Positions 13,566 to 26,219 are shown, numbered from the stretch's first letter. The stretch is 64,000 nucleotides of DNA from Phoronis australis (GCA_002633005.1 NMRA01000860.1:53432-117431), one strand, 5' to 3'. The notes: generated from the letters alone by a model not told the origin. Numbers and translations: made by a program.

Positions 13566-14926
13566 CGTGTACGTAACATGACTCTAGTACCTCAAAATAA
13601 ATTTTATTATTATATCTTACTTGATTTCAGTGCCTTTAGTGCACAGCTCATAAAGAAACACGTAAAAATTGAAAAAAATAACAATTATGTACAACGTCAT
13701 GGGTTGAACCCAAGTCGTTCGGCACACTGTTCGGATCAGCAACTAAGTGTATAGAGTGAAGTGAAAGTAAAGTATATTTAGCGTCGAGAAGGTTCGTAGA
13801 GGGATGAAAAGATGTGTTTCCGGAAGCTGCAGCAACAGCAGTCAGACGGAGAACGTCTCGGTGTTCCGAAGGACGCCAAAGTTGCGCAGTAGTGGCATCG
13901 CTTCGTGCGCCGAACGAGAGTGGGACTTCAGCGTGGACCAAGCGATTCTGTCCGGAGCCACTCTGTGTTCTGTCGAAACACTACTCCAATCAGAGGAGAT
14001 GTTACGATGAAGGCCTGGTTCAATAAAGGACAATAGTTACTATTCAGAAACATCGGCTCTTTATTCAGGATCGTCTGTTGGATGGCTGGGTTGACTGGCC
14101 GAGCCCGAGGCCGCTTCTCTAGCGGGAGGATCCAGTTCGTAAGGCCTCAAAATAGAAAAGTACGCAGCTGAAAACATATCAAACTCGTTCTCGCTTTCGT
14201 GCAACCCCATTTCGTCATCCTGGCCACCATTCTCGTACGTTTCTTCATAGTATTTGTTCATTTCTTGCTCATAAACGTTGTCGCTTTCAAATTCCCTACT
14301 CTCCGCCGTTATTCAATGCTAGTCGCTGATCTCTTGTGTTCAACCCATGATGTCACATGGCGGGAAATGTGAAAATTGGCAAAATTGAAAGAGAAATCAA
14401 AATTTCGAGCTAATGACACAAAATAATCATGGATTTGGCTAAATTTTACGTCATACATTTAGTCTGTGGCCACCGGTAATTCGAAATGTGCAAAAATCCA
14501 TGGTGTGTACTGTTTAACATACAAGTGAAGCCTTAGTCTCTACGGTAAGCAAACTTAGCACAATTGCTATTTTGTATTTCCGGGAATTCTGCACTGTTGG
14601 TTTACTTACGGAAATGCACCTGAACGCGCTATGTGACCGCAAATTTCGACAAGTTACTATTGTTCTTGGAAACTTCTTTTTCAGTGTGATCATTCAAATT
14701 TGCTTCTATAACTTAAACGANTTATTCAATGCTAGTCGCTGATCTCTTGTGTTCAACCCATGATGTCACATGGCGGGAAATGTGAAAATTGGCAAAAGTG
14801 AAAGAGAAATCAAAATTTCGAGCTAATGACACAAAATAATCATGGATTTGGCTAAATTTTACGTCATACATTTAGTCTGTGGCCACCGGTAATTCGAAAT
14901 GTGCAAAAATCCATGGTGTGTACTGT
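13566..14926. mobile_element. Kolobok-like element inserted at TTAA in the MULE, with a THAP remnant (+) and a convergent accessory-ORF remnant (-)
   Basis: TTAA at 13562-13565 and 14927-14930; empty site in the second MULE copy (about 18595); frameshifted THAP MKRCVSGSCSN..VSV / PKDAKVAQ*WHRFVRRTR / LSKHY at about 13804-13985; subterminal inverted repeat CATGGGTTGAAC / GTTCAACCCATG; minus-strand ORF with LRPYELDP. Terminal repeats are degenerate. Confidence 0.7.
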
Positions 14927-15111
14927 TTAACGTCCAGCTGATCAAATTTTGGTAGCCGCGTGCTTTTGTCTTTCGTATCTTCTTTGTAGAAGAGTGTCTG
15001 GGAATCCCTGCACTCCAAAAATAGAATCATGATTTTCGACAACAGATGTCCTTGCTGCATACCTGGATTGGCTCGTTGACATTGTCCCGCTCCCGCGTGA
15101 ATTAGGTCTAT

Positions 15112-16700
15112 AGACCTAATTCACGCCGACAGAAGGCGCGTTCCAAAACGAGGCTTGCTACGATAGCTCCGTTGGCTTAAGTATCGGCATACTGGTTGTA
15201 TTCCGCGTTGCTCGAAACGGCTAGAAAAAATACGGACACTCAACAGAACTGTTCGTTTTACAATCCCTAAGGACGTTGAGATTCGGAAGCGTAAGTTCAG
15301 TCCTTGCCATACGCCGCGACGAAGGAAAATATGGCCGTGTAAAATTTATAAATGTTTTCTAAAAGTTAGATCACATTTTGTCGCATCTCGGTTGCCGAGC
15401 ATCATAGCAACGACCGGAGAATCTTCGGCCAGCCATGCTGTGTTCATGACTACGGGTTGAAACATGGTGCATTAATTCTTCCCAAAAAGGACAGGGCCCT
15501 CAAATCCTCGATTTTGGGACCGGATATTGGCCCTGGGCATCTCAAAAATATTGAAAAAGTCCCCCGAAATTCCCTCCACGAGGCCTAAAAACTCTCCTAG
15601 TGATTGAAAACTTCTCCTCGAAGTTCAAATCACCTGTAACCACACAGGTGACAATTTGACAGAGCACAAAATGTTACTTGAGACAGAGCCTGTGAGAGGA
15701 TGCAAAAGGACAGGGGTTCTGATCGGGAGGTAGATTTTGCCCCGCACTCGGCGAAAAAAATACCTTCTCAGAAGGCACAGGCACCTTTCCACTCATGAAC
15801 GAGGCACCTGAAGAAACATGATAACTTTTCTTACTCTGTCCAGTTAACTGAAATTGAGCTCTAAAACGAGGTTATGCTTTGGACGAACTTCAAAATTCAC
15901 TGGTCCAGATAGTTGATACCTAACATATGAAATAGACGTCAGAAATATTAAAACCAGGATAGCAGAATTGATCGGTCAAATAATTACTTGTAAATGTGTG
16001 CAAGGGAAAGAATGAGAACCTGCATATAATGCGAAAGCGATTGCTCGGGCTGTGCTCGTTTTTATTTTACTTTTAAATTTTAAAAATGGTCAATTAAATT
16101 TTATTTACGAGCCTGGTTTTTTATTTTAATAAAAATATAGTTAATAACATCAGATATTCTTTCAGATGAATGACAAATCAACTGTTAGTCCCGGTAGTCT
16201 CTACCTCACCAGGACCTAGGCTATGCTTGATGTTAATATTCTTGATCAACAAATTAAACCAGATGTGACTAATTGCACATTACAGCAAAATGCTACAAGC
16301 CACCACTGTCGAATATAGCTCGTCAGCAATACAAGCAGATGACTTGTAGAAAGCATTTTTATCAACGATTTACAAGAAAAAACGTAACCCTGCATTCAGC
16401 ATAATACCTAATCCGTAACACTACGACCGCCGCAGTTTGGCATATCTACTTTTCATGTTTCGAACCTAGTCTTCCGAAAATCTTATACCCTTTCGTCAAA
16501 CAACTTTTTGATGCATTGACTTGTTCTCTAACGTATTTTCCTACTTATCTGAGGTTAATTATCGACACAATTTTAATATTTAATATCCAGGTTGGACTGG
16601 AAAGACCGGCCATTTAACTCACGCAAGGTCAACTTCAGCTCTGTTTATGGCAGTGAGCCTCGCTTTGGATTTTAATGTCCGCCGCGTGAATATTAGGTCT
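15112..16700. mobile_element. Non-autonomous ISL2EU/PHIS-like DNA transposon, copy B (uninterrupted)
   Basis: AT|AGACCTAATTCACGC...GCGTGAATATTAGGTCT|AT; colinear with copy A. Confidence 0.75.
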
Positions 16701-17943
16701 ATACGTTATTTAGTTTCAATAACCTAGTCCGCGTTAATATCTTTTCGGTAACTAAAGCAGAGCTTTGGATACTTTTAAGCGGCTGAACAATGAACATTTA
16801 TATAAATTCAACGGTCAGTTTCAAGTTCCTGGATGTTGGGTACTTTAGATGAAGTGTAGTAAGGTCACCAACAGAATCGTCACAAACGCCGCCATCTTGG
16901 TTGTTCTGTAATGTAGACGTGATAATTGTCACTGTATGAAGAAGGCACGCAAAAACTCCAAATTTTTAATCTGGGGCAAAAATTAAATTCTGAACATCTG
17001 TATTTTCTAAATTATTACATGAATCTTAAATCGTGGTTCTTCAAATGATTACCTTTATTTTTTGAAACTCCTTAAAATTCATCGCCTAAAATGCGTTATT
17101 TAACTTTATTCAAATTTATTGTTCCATGATTTAACATAACTTTAGCCACTTATCATGGGAAATTCGCCAGAGTCAAATACAGAAGTTCGAGATTCCCTCT
17201 TAATAAAACACTCGGGCGTTTAGTAACGGTAAGTACTCAAAAGGCTCTTGCAAAAATAATGTGCCTGGTGCAACGGAAATGGATAGTTATGCACCCGTAG
17301 TTCACGCCAATGACTTGAGCTACTTTGATTGCGAAGTCCCACAAGGTCCTCTGGGATGTACTTTTTATCACATTTCACTCAAACTGTTGGCATATACATG
17401 TAGAGCCGCATTATCAGAATCGGTCCTGGAGAAGCAAACACGTTGCACCCAGCGGAATGCAAACGACACTATGAATTGGAGCCCATTCGCAGATTAAGCC
17501 GGCCAATTGATATTTCAAGCTTCATAGGTGCTTGATCGAATCAGGCACCGTAGATGCAGTAGTTAGTGTTTCGCATTGTACTATAATGTTGGGCGACAAT
17601 ATTAGTTGCTCAGGTAAGCTACGTATATTTTACAGCGTTAAGGCCGGGTGCAAAAACCTCCACGCAATTTGACTGCATAAATGTATTTTTAGTGACCACC
17701 CGTTACAGTAAGTGTCTTGGATTCTTACGGAGGTAGAGGACATGCTGTCATCCACGTAACTACGTTCCATAATGAATTGTAAATTTACGTGAGTAATTGC
17801 TGTTGAGAATAATGTATAAAGTACTTGTGAAATGTTACAAAATTTCGTTTTGTGTTTGTTTATCAATAATAACTTGTTAAAAGTCTGGCTGTCCACTAAG
17901 ACGTATATTTGCATGATCGTGAAATCCACTACAAGAGACAAAN

Positions 17944-18762
17944 TCTTTGGTATGAGTTTTAACACTACCAAAGAATAATTGCATGTATTCCAACTCACCT
18001 TCACGAGTTCATATAGGCCACATTTCCAAATGCTCTTTAACAGCCGTGTAGTTGACTGAAATCTCCACTTCAAAATCTTTTACTGCATGGGTTTGATGCT
18101 GCCTCATGATTTTCTACAAAGCCATGGATACCCCTTTTTTTTGAAATACTTCACCCACTCTTTGTTTCTGTGGAGACACTTCGACAAATGCTCATATTTT
18201 CTTTGCTTGCCTGTGTGGTATGTGGGGAGAGCAGAGGGCCCCACTTTTCCAGACACTAAAAAATCTGACAATGTTTACAAAAAATATTCAGATCTTCTTC
18301 AATTTTTTTCTAAGTGGATGTAAATTGGAGCTCGACCTAAATGAAAATAAGGTTTTATTCGAAATAGTTTCAAAATCTAATTAAATCTAATTTATTTATT
18401 GTGAATGAAAATGATTTATTTAAATTCATTACCATCATGTCATTGTAATCTTAACATTTTATTCATGTATTTGTGTATATTTTTTATATTTCTTTATATA
18501 TGCCTGTTGGCACTTTCTGTGACAATTTCACAATAAACATTAAAAAATTCTTTTTCTGCAGTTTCATCTCCACAATCCATTGCACAAAGAAGTCTTTATG
18601 TCCAGCTGATCGAATTTTGGTAGCCGCGCGCTTTTGTCTTTCGTATCTTCTTTGTAGAAGAGTGTCTGGGAATCCCTGCATTCCAAAAATAGAATCATGA
18701 TTTTCGACAACAGATGTCCTTGCTGCATACCTGGATTGGCTCGTTGACATTGTCCCGCTCCC
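17944..18762. mobile_element. Second copy of the MULE right end, truncated at a single-N join
   Basis: Similar to about 12846-13563 joined to 14931-15094; ends in the TIR ...ATTGTCCCGCTCCC; lacks the Kolobok insertion. Confidence 0.85.
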
Positions 18763-20264
18763 TTTCCTATGTCGGAATTTTATTGGGGTCAATGCCTCCG
18801 ATAAATGTCAAAAGGGGTCGTACGTAAGCCAATTACCAGCAGCTAGGAATTCGCGAAAACTCGGCTTGCTATCATTGACCACCGCCATTGATTATTCTCT
18901 AAGATGGCGATCTTCCGGGTAGTGGTGACGTAATCGCAACCATTGTATTAAGCAGTTTCGGCTACACGTTAAACGTAAACGCAAACGCGTGGTTCAGCAG
19001 TAGTCACAAGTTCACGCTCAAGTACATTTATGCGTTGTGTTCCATTAGAGAGCTTCATCGGCCACATGTCAAATGCAAACGCGATTGGCGAAATAAGGGT
19101 TACACTATTATACCCATCCGCATAGTGACAATGTGGTGACAATCACTGATCAGGAGTGGCGGCAAACGAACTGGCGGGAAAAACGGTAGTACAGCTGATA
19201 AAAAGACGGAGACGGACAAATTAGCAGCAGATAGGCTGTTATTCTGAAATCAGGGACCCACAAAGCTGACTGTTTCCAGCAACCGGCTGGGTGATGACGC
19301 CATACGTGAAACCGTGGTGACAGGTACGACCGAGGTGACATCAGTATATATTAAAAAAAAAGTATATATTGCCCCGTTGCAAACAATCAGCATCCTAGTT
19401 ATAAAAAATCATTTTTCTGGCTCCAACAGTGATTTTGGGTGAAAATGTTCACACTCTCGGTTACCACAGTTTGCTTTAAATATTCATAATTAAAGCATTC
19501 CTTTTAATTTTTATGAACTATTAATGAAACAGATGTTTTGGCACGAAATATGAGTATAATATTTCTGTTTCTTATTACCACCCTATTACTGTGACTTTTT
19601 TGGCAAAATGAGCAACACGAGGAGAGCTCAGAATAAAGGTCATATTTCAAACAATCAACTGAGTTAGCAAATGAACGAAGCCGTATGACCCCGTGTATGT
19701 CTTAACTTTCCAAAAACATAAGTTGCATACCTCTAACGATGTTCTACTATAAATCGGCAGTTAAAACTCACGTTTTTCACTTACATGAGATTAGTGGTCT
19801 TTGCTTTGTTTTCACCCGTCTGACACTTACGTGATTGTATGACTCGGAACTTCAATAGTTTCCTAAATTTGCAATTTTGCATGATGCTTTTCAACGTTTT
19901 ATGATGATTTTGCTGCGTTGGATTTTTCACCAACTGAGATTTAAAAGTACATTATTTTGTGAAATCCTGCAGTAAATTTCCTTCTAAAGTGAGCATGTTT
20001 TACTTTCTTCATTGCTAAAGGAATTTAGTATTTTACTGGAGAACGTTCCAAAATCCAAGTTTCTTGCGAGTAAATTAAATTCTCGCAAGGCATCGCAAAA
20101 ACACGCAAATGAATAGCAATTGTTTGGCATGTAAGCTCAGGAGCTTACTAGCATGATTCATACATGTCAGAATGTTTAGTTGTACCCAACTAATCCCAAC
20201 ATATCTTATCCTGCCATCAGCACTGATGCAAGCCTGTTGCTGACATCATGTTTGTTACCAAACT

Positions 20265-20810
20265 CCCCCTGCAGGTGGCGCAGCGATTTGTGGGAATAGT
20301 TGAATTAGTTGAAACGCGTGATTGGTGACTGGTTCCTAGGTGTCTCTAACATTATGAGTTTGTGGATGACGTAATGTAAGTTATCTACCTGTCCACAAGT
20401 AACGCAGCAATTAGTAGGAATAGTTGAATTAGTTGATTTTAGTTGAATCCAACAAATTTCAAGTCATCTCAACCTATCCAGCACTGAACTATTCAACTAA
20501 TTCAACTAATTCTACCAATTGTAGCGCCATCTGAAGTATTACTGGCATTGTGGGAGAGAAAGACCTGAGTCGCGGACTTGCCTTTAGGTGGTGCATCGAT
20601 TAGTGGGAATAGTTGAATTAGTTGAAATGCTTGTTCTGTGTCTCTCAAGCTGTAAGCCTTTTGCTGATGATATGATTAATTGTTACCAGCCTGTCCTTGT
20701 AGGTGGCGCAGCAATTAGTGGGAATATTTGAATTAGTAGAAATGCGAGTTGTACTTGATCTACCTAATTTTATCTACCCGTTATTTAGTGAATTCGCGTA
20801 GGTGGCGTTA
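20265..20810. repeat. Short-period repeat cluster (AGGTGGCGCAGC..GGGAATAGTTGAATTAGTTGAA), direct and inverted copies
   Basis: Copies at about 20273, 20400, 20586 and 20700, plus an inverted copy at about 20490-20533. Confidence 0.7.
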
Positions 20811-20830
20811 TCTGTTTGCCTTCAAGTGGC

Positions 20831-21305
20831 TGTGACGACACCACAGGCCGGGCAATCTGGACTAAAGAAAACACCTTGGTTCTGTATCACGTTTACTGAA
20901 AAAACAACAAAAGTACAATCAACGAGATATCGCAGTCTACCAAACTGACTCTGCATACAAGATAACATTCCACAATAGCTAAATAGCAAAACCAATGAAC
21001 ATTAGCTGCACTAGCAGTTAAGTCGATTACAGACTAAACTAAGTAAGCAACTCACTGACCAAATTCCAGGTAACTTTACACAGTATGAGAGAAAACAAAA
21101 TAACACAATTTCCACTTACAGAATGTGAAGCCCTGTGGTTTCCAAACCTACCATCTGTCTCACAAGACTGTCAGAAAACTAATGCAGCTGCTATGCACCA
21201 CACCCATGGTCAATCTGAGTACATCTCCATAACAACGGTTCAAAGAAAATATAGGGGCCACACAAGACTCAGTACAAGAAGAAGAGAAGACACCTGGTGG
21301 CTACA
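20831..21305 (-). mobile_element. Putative solo LTR (Gypsy/BEL-like)
   Basis: TGT...ACA termini (tgtgacgac...ggtggctaca), 475 bp, AGTAAAC signal near the minus-strand 3' end; no convincing TSD, PBS or PPT. Confidence 0.4.
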
Positions 21306-21688
21306 CTGCAAATTACACAAACAAAACAAACCCTGACTAGGTGAACTAACAGTGGCGTTGCGAATAGGCCGATTGGCCTGCATGGAAAACATTGCACAGT
21401 AACGAATAACTTTTAAAATGTCTTGAGACAGAGACTATAGACGTTGACGTGCATTCAATTCAGCGTTTCACTAAAAGTTAATTCGAAAATGCAAAGAATA
21501 TACATGTACAGCCGTTTTCTTTTTTCTCACCAGCTGTTGAGAGGAAACGTACTGAAACGTTTCATGTGCTACGCATGAACGGTTTCTCACACTAAATTGC
21601 ACATGATGTGACTTTCTAACTCTTTCTGTGAAAATGTTATTGTCAGTTTGAGCTGGTGATACTGTACATACACAAAACGTAGCGAGAG

Positions 21689-21775
21689 TGGCGTACATGA
21701 AGTAATATCCCACGAGACCTTATTCCGCGCGATACGGGGAATAAGGTCAAGTGGGATATTACTTCATGTACGCCA
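21689..21775. repeat. Near-perfect hairpin with ~38-bp arms
   Basis: TGGCGTACATGAAGTAATATCCCAC..GACCTTATTCC / GGAATAAGGTC..GTGGGATATTACTTCATGTACGCCA. Confidence 0.9.
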
Positions 21776-23544
21776 ATCGAGGTACGTTTCGTATTTATCC
21801 CATGCACTTCGAATTCCTGAGTTTATTTTATTTTTTCGGCAGATTTTTTAAATACTCCACCCAGACTGTTCACATGGCGGTTCACATCCTAAATGTATGT
21901 TCTTGCGCGTTAGGTTGCAAGTTTTCTCTTGTATCTGAAACAGTTTTAAAAGTAACGATTTATTTCTTGAAAAGAGGTAACAAAGATGAAAACAACGGCA
22001 ACTGAGCAGTGAACTGGTAACATCTCCTGGAAATAGCTAAAAACAACAATATTTGATATTTTAATTTCCTAGGAATCGGCGCCTGAGTTGCAGACGATAT
22101 TGTATTCAGCTGAGACATAAGTGTCTTACAATTACCAGTTTTGTTCCGGATTTTACGTTTAGGGCCTCGATGCATGTCGAGTGTTAGTTACACTGTTGCA
22201 ACTGCATTATCTTAAGTTATTATTCGGAAAGTTTGATGATCCAACCGGCTGAAGACGTCGAGTCGACATTGACCTACGTGTACCTTTTGAACTTTCCCTG
22301 TCAGAGTTCGCTGTTGAAGTAGTGCGGGAGGTGAATACGGAAAACTTTAATGCATGGCCGTATTTCCCTCGACAGATTCAACGCGCGTGGGATAAAAAAC
22401 AAACATTTACAGTTATTGAGTTTCGGAATTTTACATTAATAAAAGTTGATTGATTGAACCGTCGGTTTGCATGGGTATTATTGGAATAAGTAATACAAAA
22501 CGAGAGCAAGGGTGTTGTTCTGTACACTGTTGTCGAAAATCTGAAGGTAGTCAATAAGTTTCCTCTTACTTTAAAATTTCCCAATAGCTTGACAAACTTG
22601 TTTCCGTCAAAGAAGCGGTTATTCAAAAATAAATTTGGAACAGCTATGATACCTGGCTCACTAAACGCCAGTGGAGAAGCTGGGCTACATATGAACTTTC
22701 CTTCCTCAGGCAACTGAGGTTTTGCACAGTCTCAGTAGCTATTTTTCTCACCTGCGTTGAATTTACAAACCGCGTCTTTGTGGTTTTGTCTTTTGTAGTA
22801 ATTTGTGTTGTTTAAAGTTGTCTGTTTTACTTAATTAAGGTTTCTTATCTGTATTTTTAGGTATCTTCTTGGAATGTGGCAGCACCGAAATAACTTGTCA
22901 AACGCTATTCAAGAACATTTCTACCGGAAGGTACACAAGAAACTAGATCGGCGGGCGTGTAATTTCAGGCACTGCATGGCATGATCAACTTGTTAAAATG
23001 ACGACCAACAAAATATTAATTTTTTATATATTACAACGCACTCAGAGGGTGTAAACGTCCGTCAAACGTGATCAACGAATCATGGGCTAAGTGCTCATTC
23101 TGTTGTTTTGAGAGATACTGGAACAAGACGTTTTTGAAAACTTTTGTCGTTTTTAATAAAATCCGATTCCACGAGACATAAGCTTGACAGCAAAGTCCAC
23201 GGGGTTAACGGTGTGTTGTAATGTCGGNAAACGCACTCCCATATCCACTAGGTTATGCCTTGGTCCACAGCCAAACAAAAATTTCCAACTGGCAAACATC
23301 TCTTCGCAAGTAACAATAAAGTTTTACTTTGATGGGTCATTTCATTATTTTTAAACTCGTATCATTTTACAACTGTTTCGTTTGACTTACATGATTCTGT
23401 TTATTAATGTGATCTTGTTGATTGCAGCGTTGTCTGTCCCAAAGGGAAATGCACAGTGGAGAGCGTTTGGGGTACAGTGAACTACACGGATGTAGGTATC
23501 AAATGTTGGCTGATGTAGATGTAGATATAGATAAAGATAAACAA

Positions 23545-25280
23545 AGAAGTTATATTGACGAAAACAATTATAGAAGAATTTCTCTTTTGCCTGTCATGGG
23601 AAAAAACTCTTCACAAAGTTACCGAACAATCAGCTATCATGTTGGGCTGAAGAGAACGGCGTATTTCATGAAGCTTACGCAAGTTTTAGAAAAGGTTATT
23701 GCACGCAGGAGCAAATTTTTACTTTGTATGGAATATGCCAAAAATATCAGCAAGGCGGATGGACGCTTCTATTGCGCCTTTGGGGAGTTTTCAATCATTT
23801 TGATAATTTTTTTCAAGTAGGCAACTAAACAGATTGCAGTAGGTCGAAGCCATGGAAATGCCTTAAAAAATTTTGTAGTCTACATATATGTGCAGTACGA
23901 TAAGCTGCACACTTGTATAATATGTCCCAAAAGTTTCCGGTTACTTTAAGTGTACTTTTGGCACCAGACAGGGTTGTATGATCAGCCTTTTTTTTATTCC
24001 ATATGTATCCTAACGAGTTTCTAATGTGATAATAGTGATATATTTGTAACTGAGGGTGTCTCGGAAATTTCTACTCTGCTCTATGCAGATGTAATGTTCT
24101 TGTGTACTAGTTGAATCAACTGCTAAGTTACACAGGTTCTTAAATCGTGTTCATGATTATTGCTAGTCCTTGGGTATGAACGTTAGTTTAAAATAATTGT
24201 TTTTAGAAACGGTGGCCCCCTGAGAACATACGACATATGGTAGTTCGGAAGTCGCTCAGTAGAAGTCGTTAGCTAGTATAAGTACCTTATCCTGTTTGTC
24301 ACTCCGAAACTCTCTTGGACAAAGGCGACCAATACACCTTCAAAGCAAGGGCGTTAATGTCTTATCTCCATTTCTAAATTACATAACCGATGTCGAAACC
24401 CATCACACGGTCTATGTTTTGAATTATTTGAGAAAACTATTTATCCAGCAATTTGTTATGGAACTTAAATTTGGGGGCTTAAAAAGTATGACTGCATAGA
24501 ACGTTTTCACGTGAAATTCTGTAAAATGGTACTTGGTGTGAGCACTTCTTGTTCTAGAGTAGCCGTATGAAGTGAATGCAGCCGTTATCCACTGGTTACA
24601 AAACGTTTTATCACATATATAAAATATTTGTTTAAGATACTGAAATTGCCGTCCAAGCTGTGTATGACATGATGTTTATTTTTGACAGTAACACCGCTTT
24701 TGTCCAAGTATGACTTCTATGAAGTGTGGATAAATCAAGGTATACCATGTAAAGTAACTTTTCAAAACGATTTTCCTAGAGAGTGATTGACTGTTGCCTA
24801 CGCGGTTGGGAAGTTGACATTCATGGAAACAACAAATTGTTCAAGTTTAAAACTTTCAAACTTATGACGCTTCAGAGGAATACTTTCAGTTTAAACTACC
24901 TCTCCATTTTATACAAAAATTCAAGGTTTCGCTAACCACAAATTGGAAGTGGAAACAGCATGGCACAACATATGGACTAATGTAACAGGATTTGCGTTTT
25001 GTGCAGTATAAACAACATTGAAGACGAACTGTACTTCTTGGTGGTCTGTAATGCTTACGCATAGCTCACTCAGCAATACATGAATGCAAATTTTGATAAC
25101 CCCGACCCTGTCCTATACTGGAACAAGATTATGAAGAATCCTGGTGCAAACATTCTAAAGTTCTGATATTTAGCCACAGTTCGTAGAGAATAATTGTTTA
25201 ACTCCACGTTTTGTATTAAATGCGCCTTTATATGTGTTTGTTATTGTACTTTAGACCTCTGGCCTCGAATGCAACAAAGT
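23545..25280 (+). mobile_element. Decayed 5'-truncated non-LTR retrotransposon (CR1/L2/Daphne-like reverse transcriptase)
   Basis: NNYRRISLLPVMGK, FRKGY, FYCAF, GTRQGCMIS (about 23960), LLYAD (about 24075), KFCKMVLGV..ECSRYPL (about 24515), RFANHKLEVET and C..C..IEDELYFLVVC (about 24925-25050); many frameshifts; microsatellite tail. Confidence 0.85.
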
Positions 25281-25519
25281 ATGTAAATATAGATATACAG
25301 ATATAGATATGCATATATAGATATAGATATTGGTATAGGTATATCTATGTATGTATGTATGTATAAATGTATGTATGTATGAATGTATGTATGTATATAA
25401 TTGCCCTGTATATGATCTTGCCAGACTTCAGTGTAGGTGCTCTTGACTTTTCTTTAGCCGTTATAGATGTTCGATCGGACGTAGATTAACGTGTAGGCTT
25501 GGCTTTTCTGAACCTCTTC

Positions 25520-26219
25520 AAAGGAGCAATTGCAGATTCCGTCTTCATCGTAGTGGGGCCAGTTTTGGATCTCTTTGTTCCTGCAATAGGTTGTAAAATG
25601 GCCAGAGTGTTAGGAGACTCTGCCACAAGTGATAAGACTCACCAGAGCTTGTGCGGCACTGTGGTTGAATATTCGTCTTCTTATCAAAGTCAAGATGCGA
25701 TTGTGTCTTTTCATTGTGCTCCATGGTCTGATGGATTCTCTGCACATCGACGATGAAGACATCTGGAGGTGACGATATCTTGGGCGGGATTGCATGTGGC
25801 TGCTGGATTGCTTGACCTTTCAGACGGCATTTATAGCATGAAGGGGTGTTATCAGCCAATATTTTACTTTTGACGAATTCGTTCATGATGTCAGAGATGT
25901 TAAGTAGTTGATTTTGTCCAGTAGGAAGACGTAGGTGATCCGCCAAAGACCATGTGATTGTGAGGATAGGCTCTTCAATGTACTGAGAGTTGCCACAAGT
26001 GCAACATGATACTTCTGTAAGCAACAGTCCTTTAAACTGGCCAGTGATGTAAGAGTTTTTCATTTCCATTCTGTTCGGTAGATCGAACAAGAATTCATGG
26101 CAGTCCTGAGTTGCCATCCATTGCCATAGGCTGGCAAAAGTTATGGAATTAACTGCACAGATCAGCTTTTCAGGGCTCTTTTTCGATGTAGAAGGTATGT
26201 ACTTGCAATCTGAGATCAA
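25520..26219 (-). pseudogene. Ubiquitin-specific protease (peptidase C19/UCH) domain relic, no intron across the visible domain
   Basis: TQDCHEFL (QQD box), FKG..EVSCCTCG..EEP, CYKC, SPPDVFIVDVQR; after a frameshift SGHFTTYCRNKEIQNWPHYDE (His box). The Cys box could not be recovered. Confidence 0.75.

Larger units (their letters stand above)
7202..15094 (-). mobile_element. Mutator-like (MULE) DNA transposon, decayed
   Basis: TIR GGGAGCGGGACAATGTCAACGAGCCAATCCAGGT...ACCTGGATTGGCTCGTTGACATTGTCCCGCTCCC; perfect 9-bp TSD GCGTGAATT at 7193-7201 and 15095-15103; minus-strand MULE transposase fragments inside. Confidence 0.9.
5037..15109. mobile_element. Non-autonomous ISL2EU/PHIS-like DNA transposon, copy A (interrupted by a Harbinger MITE and a MULE)
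   Basis: TIR AGACCTAATTCACGC...GCGTGAATTAGGTCT flanked by AT at 5035-5036 and 15110-15111; 5037-7201 is colinear with copy B at 15112-16700. The family call rests only on the AT TSD and termini. Confidence 0.7.

Noticed and set aside
17261-17497. VPQG...FAD in a short ORF, reminiscent of reverse transcriptase
   Set aside because: Motif spacing is off and I found no other RT motifs nearby; at most an unrecognisable relic.
22862-23490. Two short segments with splice-like boundaries (about 22862-22930 and 23428-23490)
   Set aside because: No recognisable protein similarity and no consistent frame linking them to a gene.
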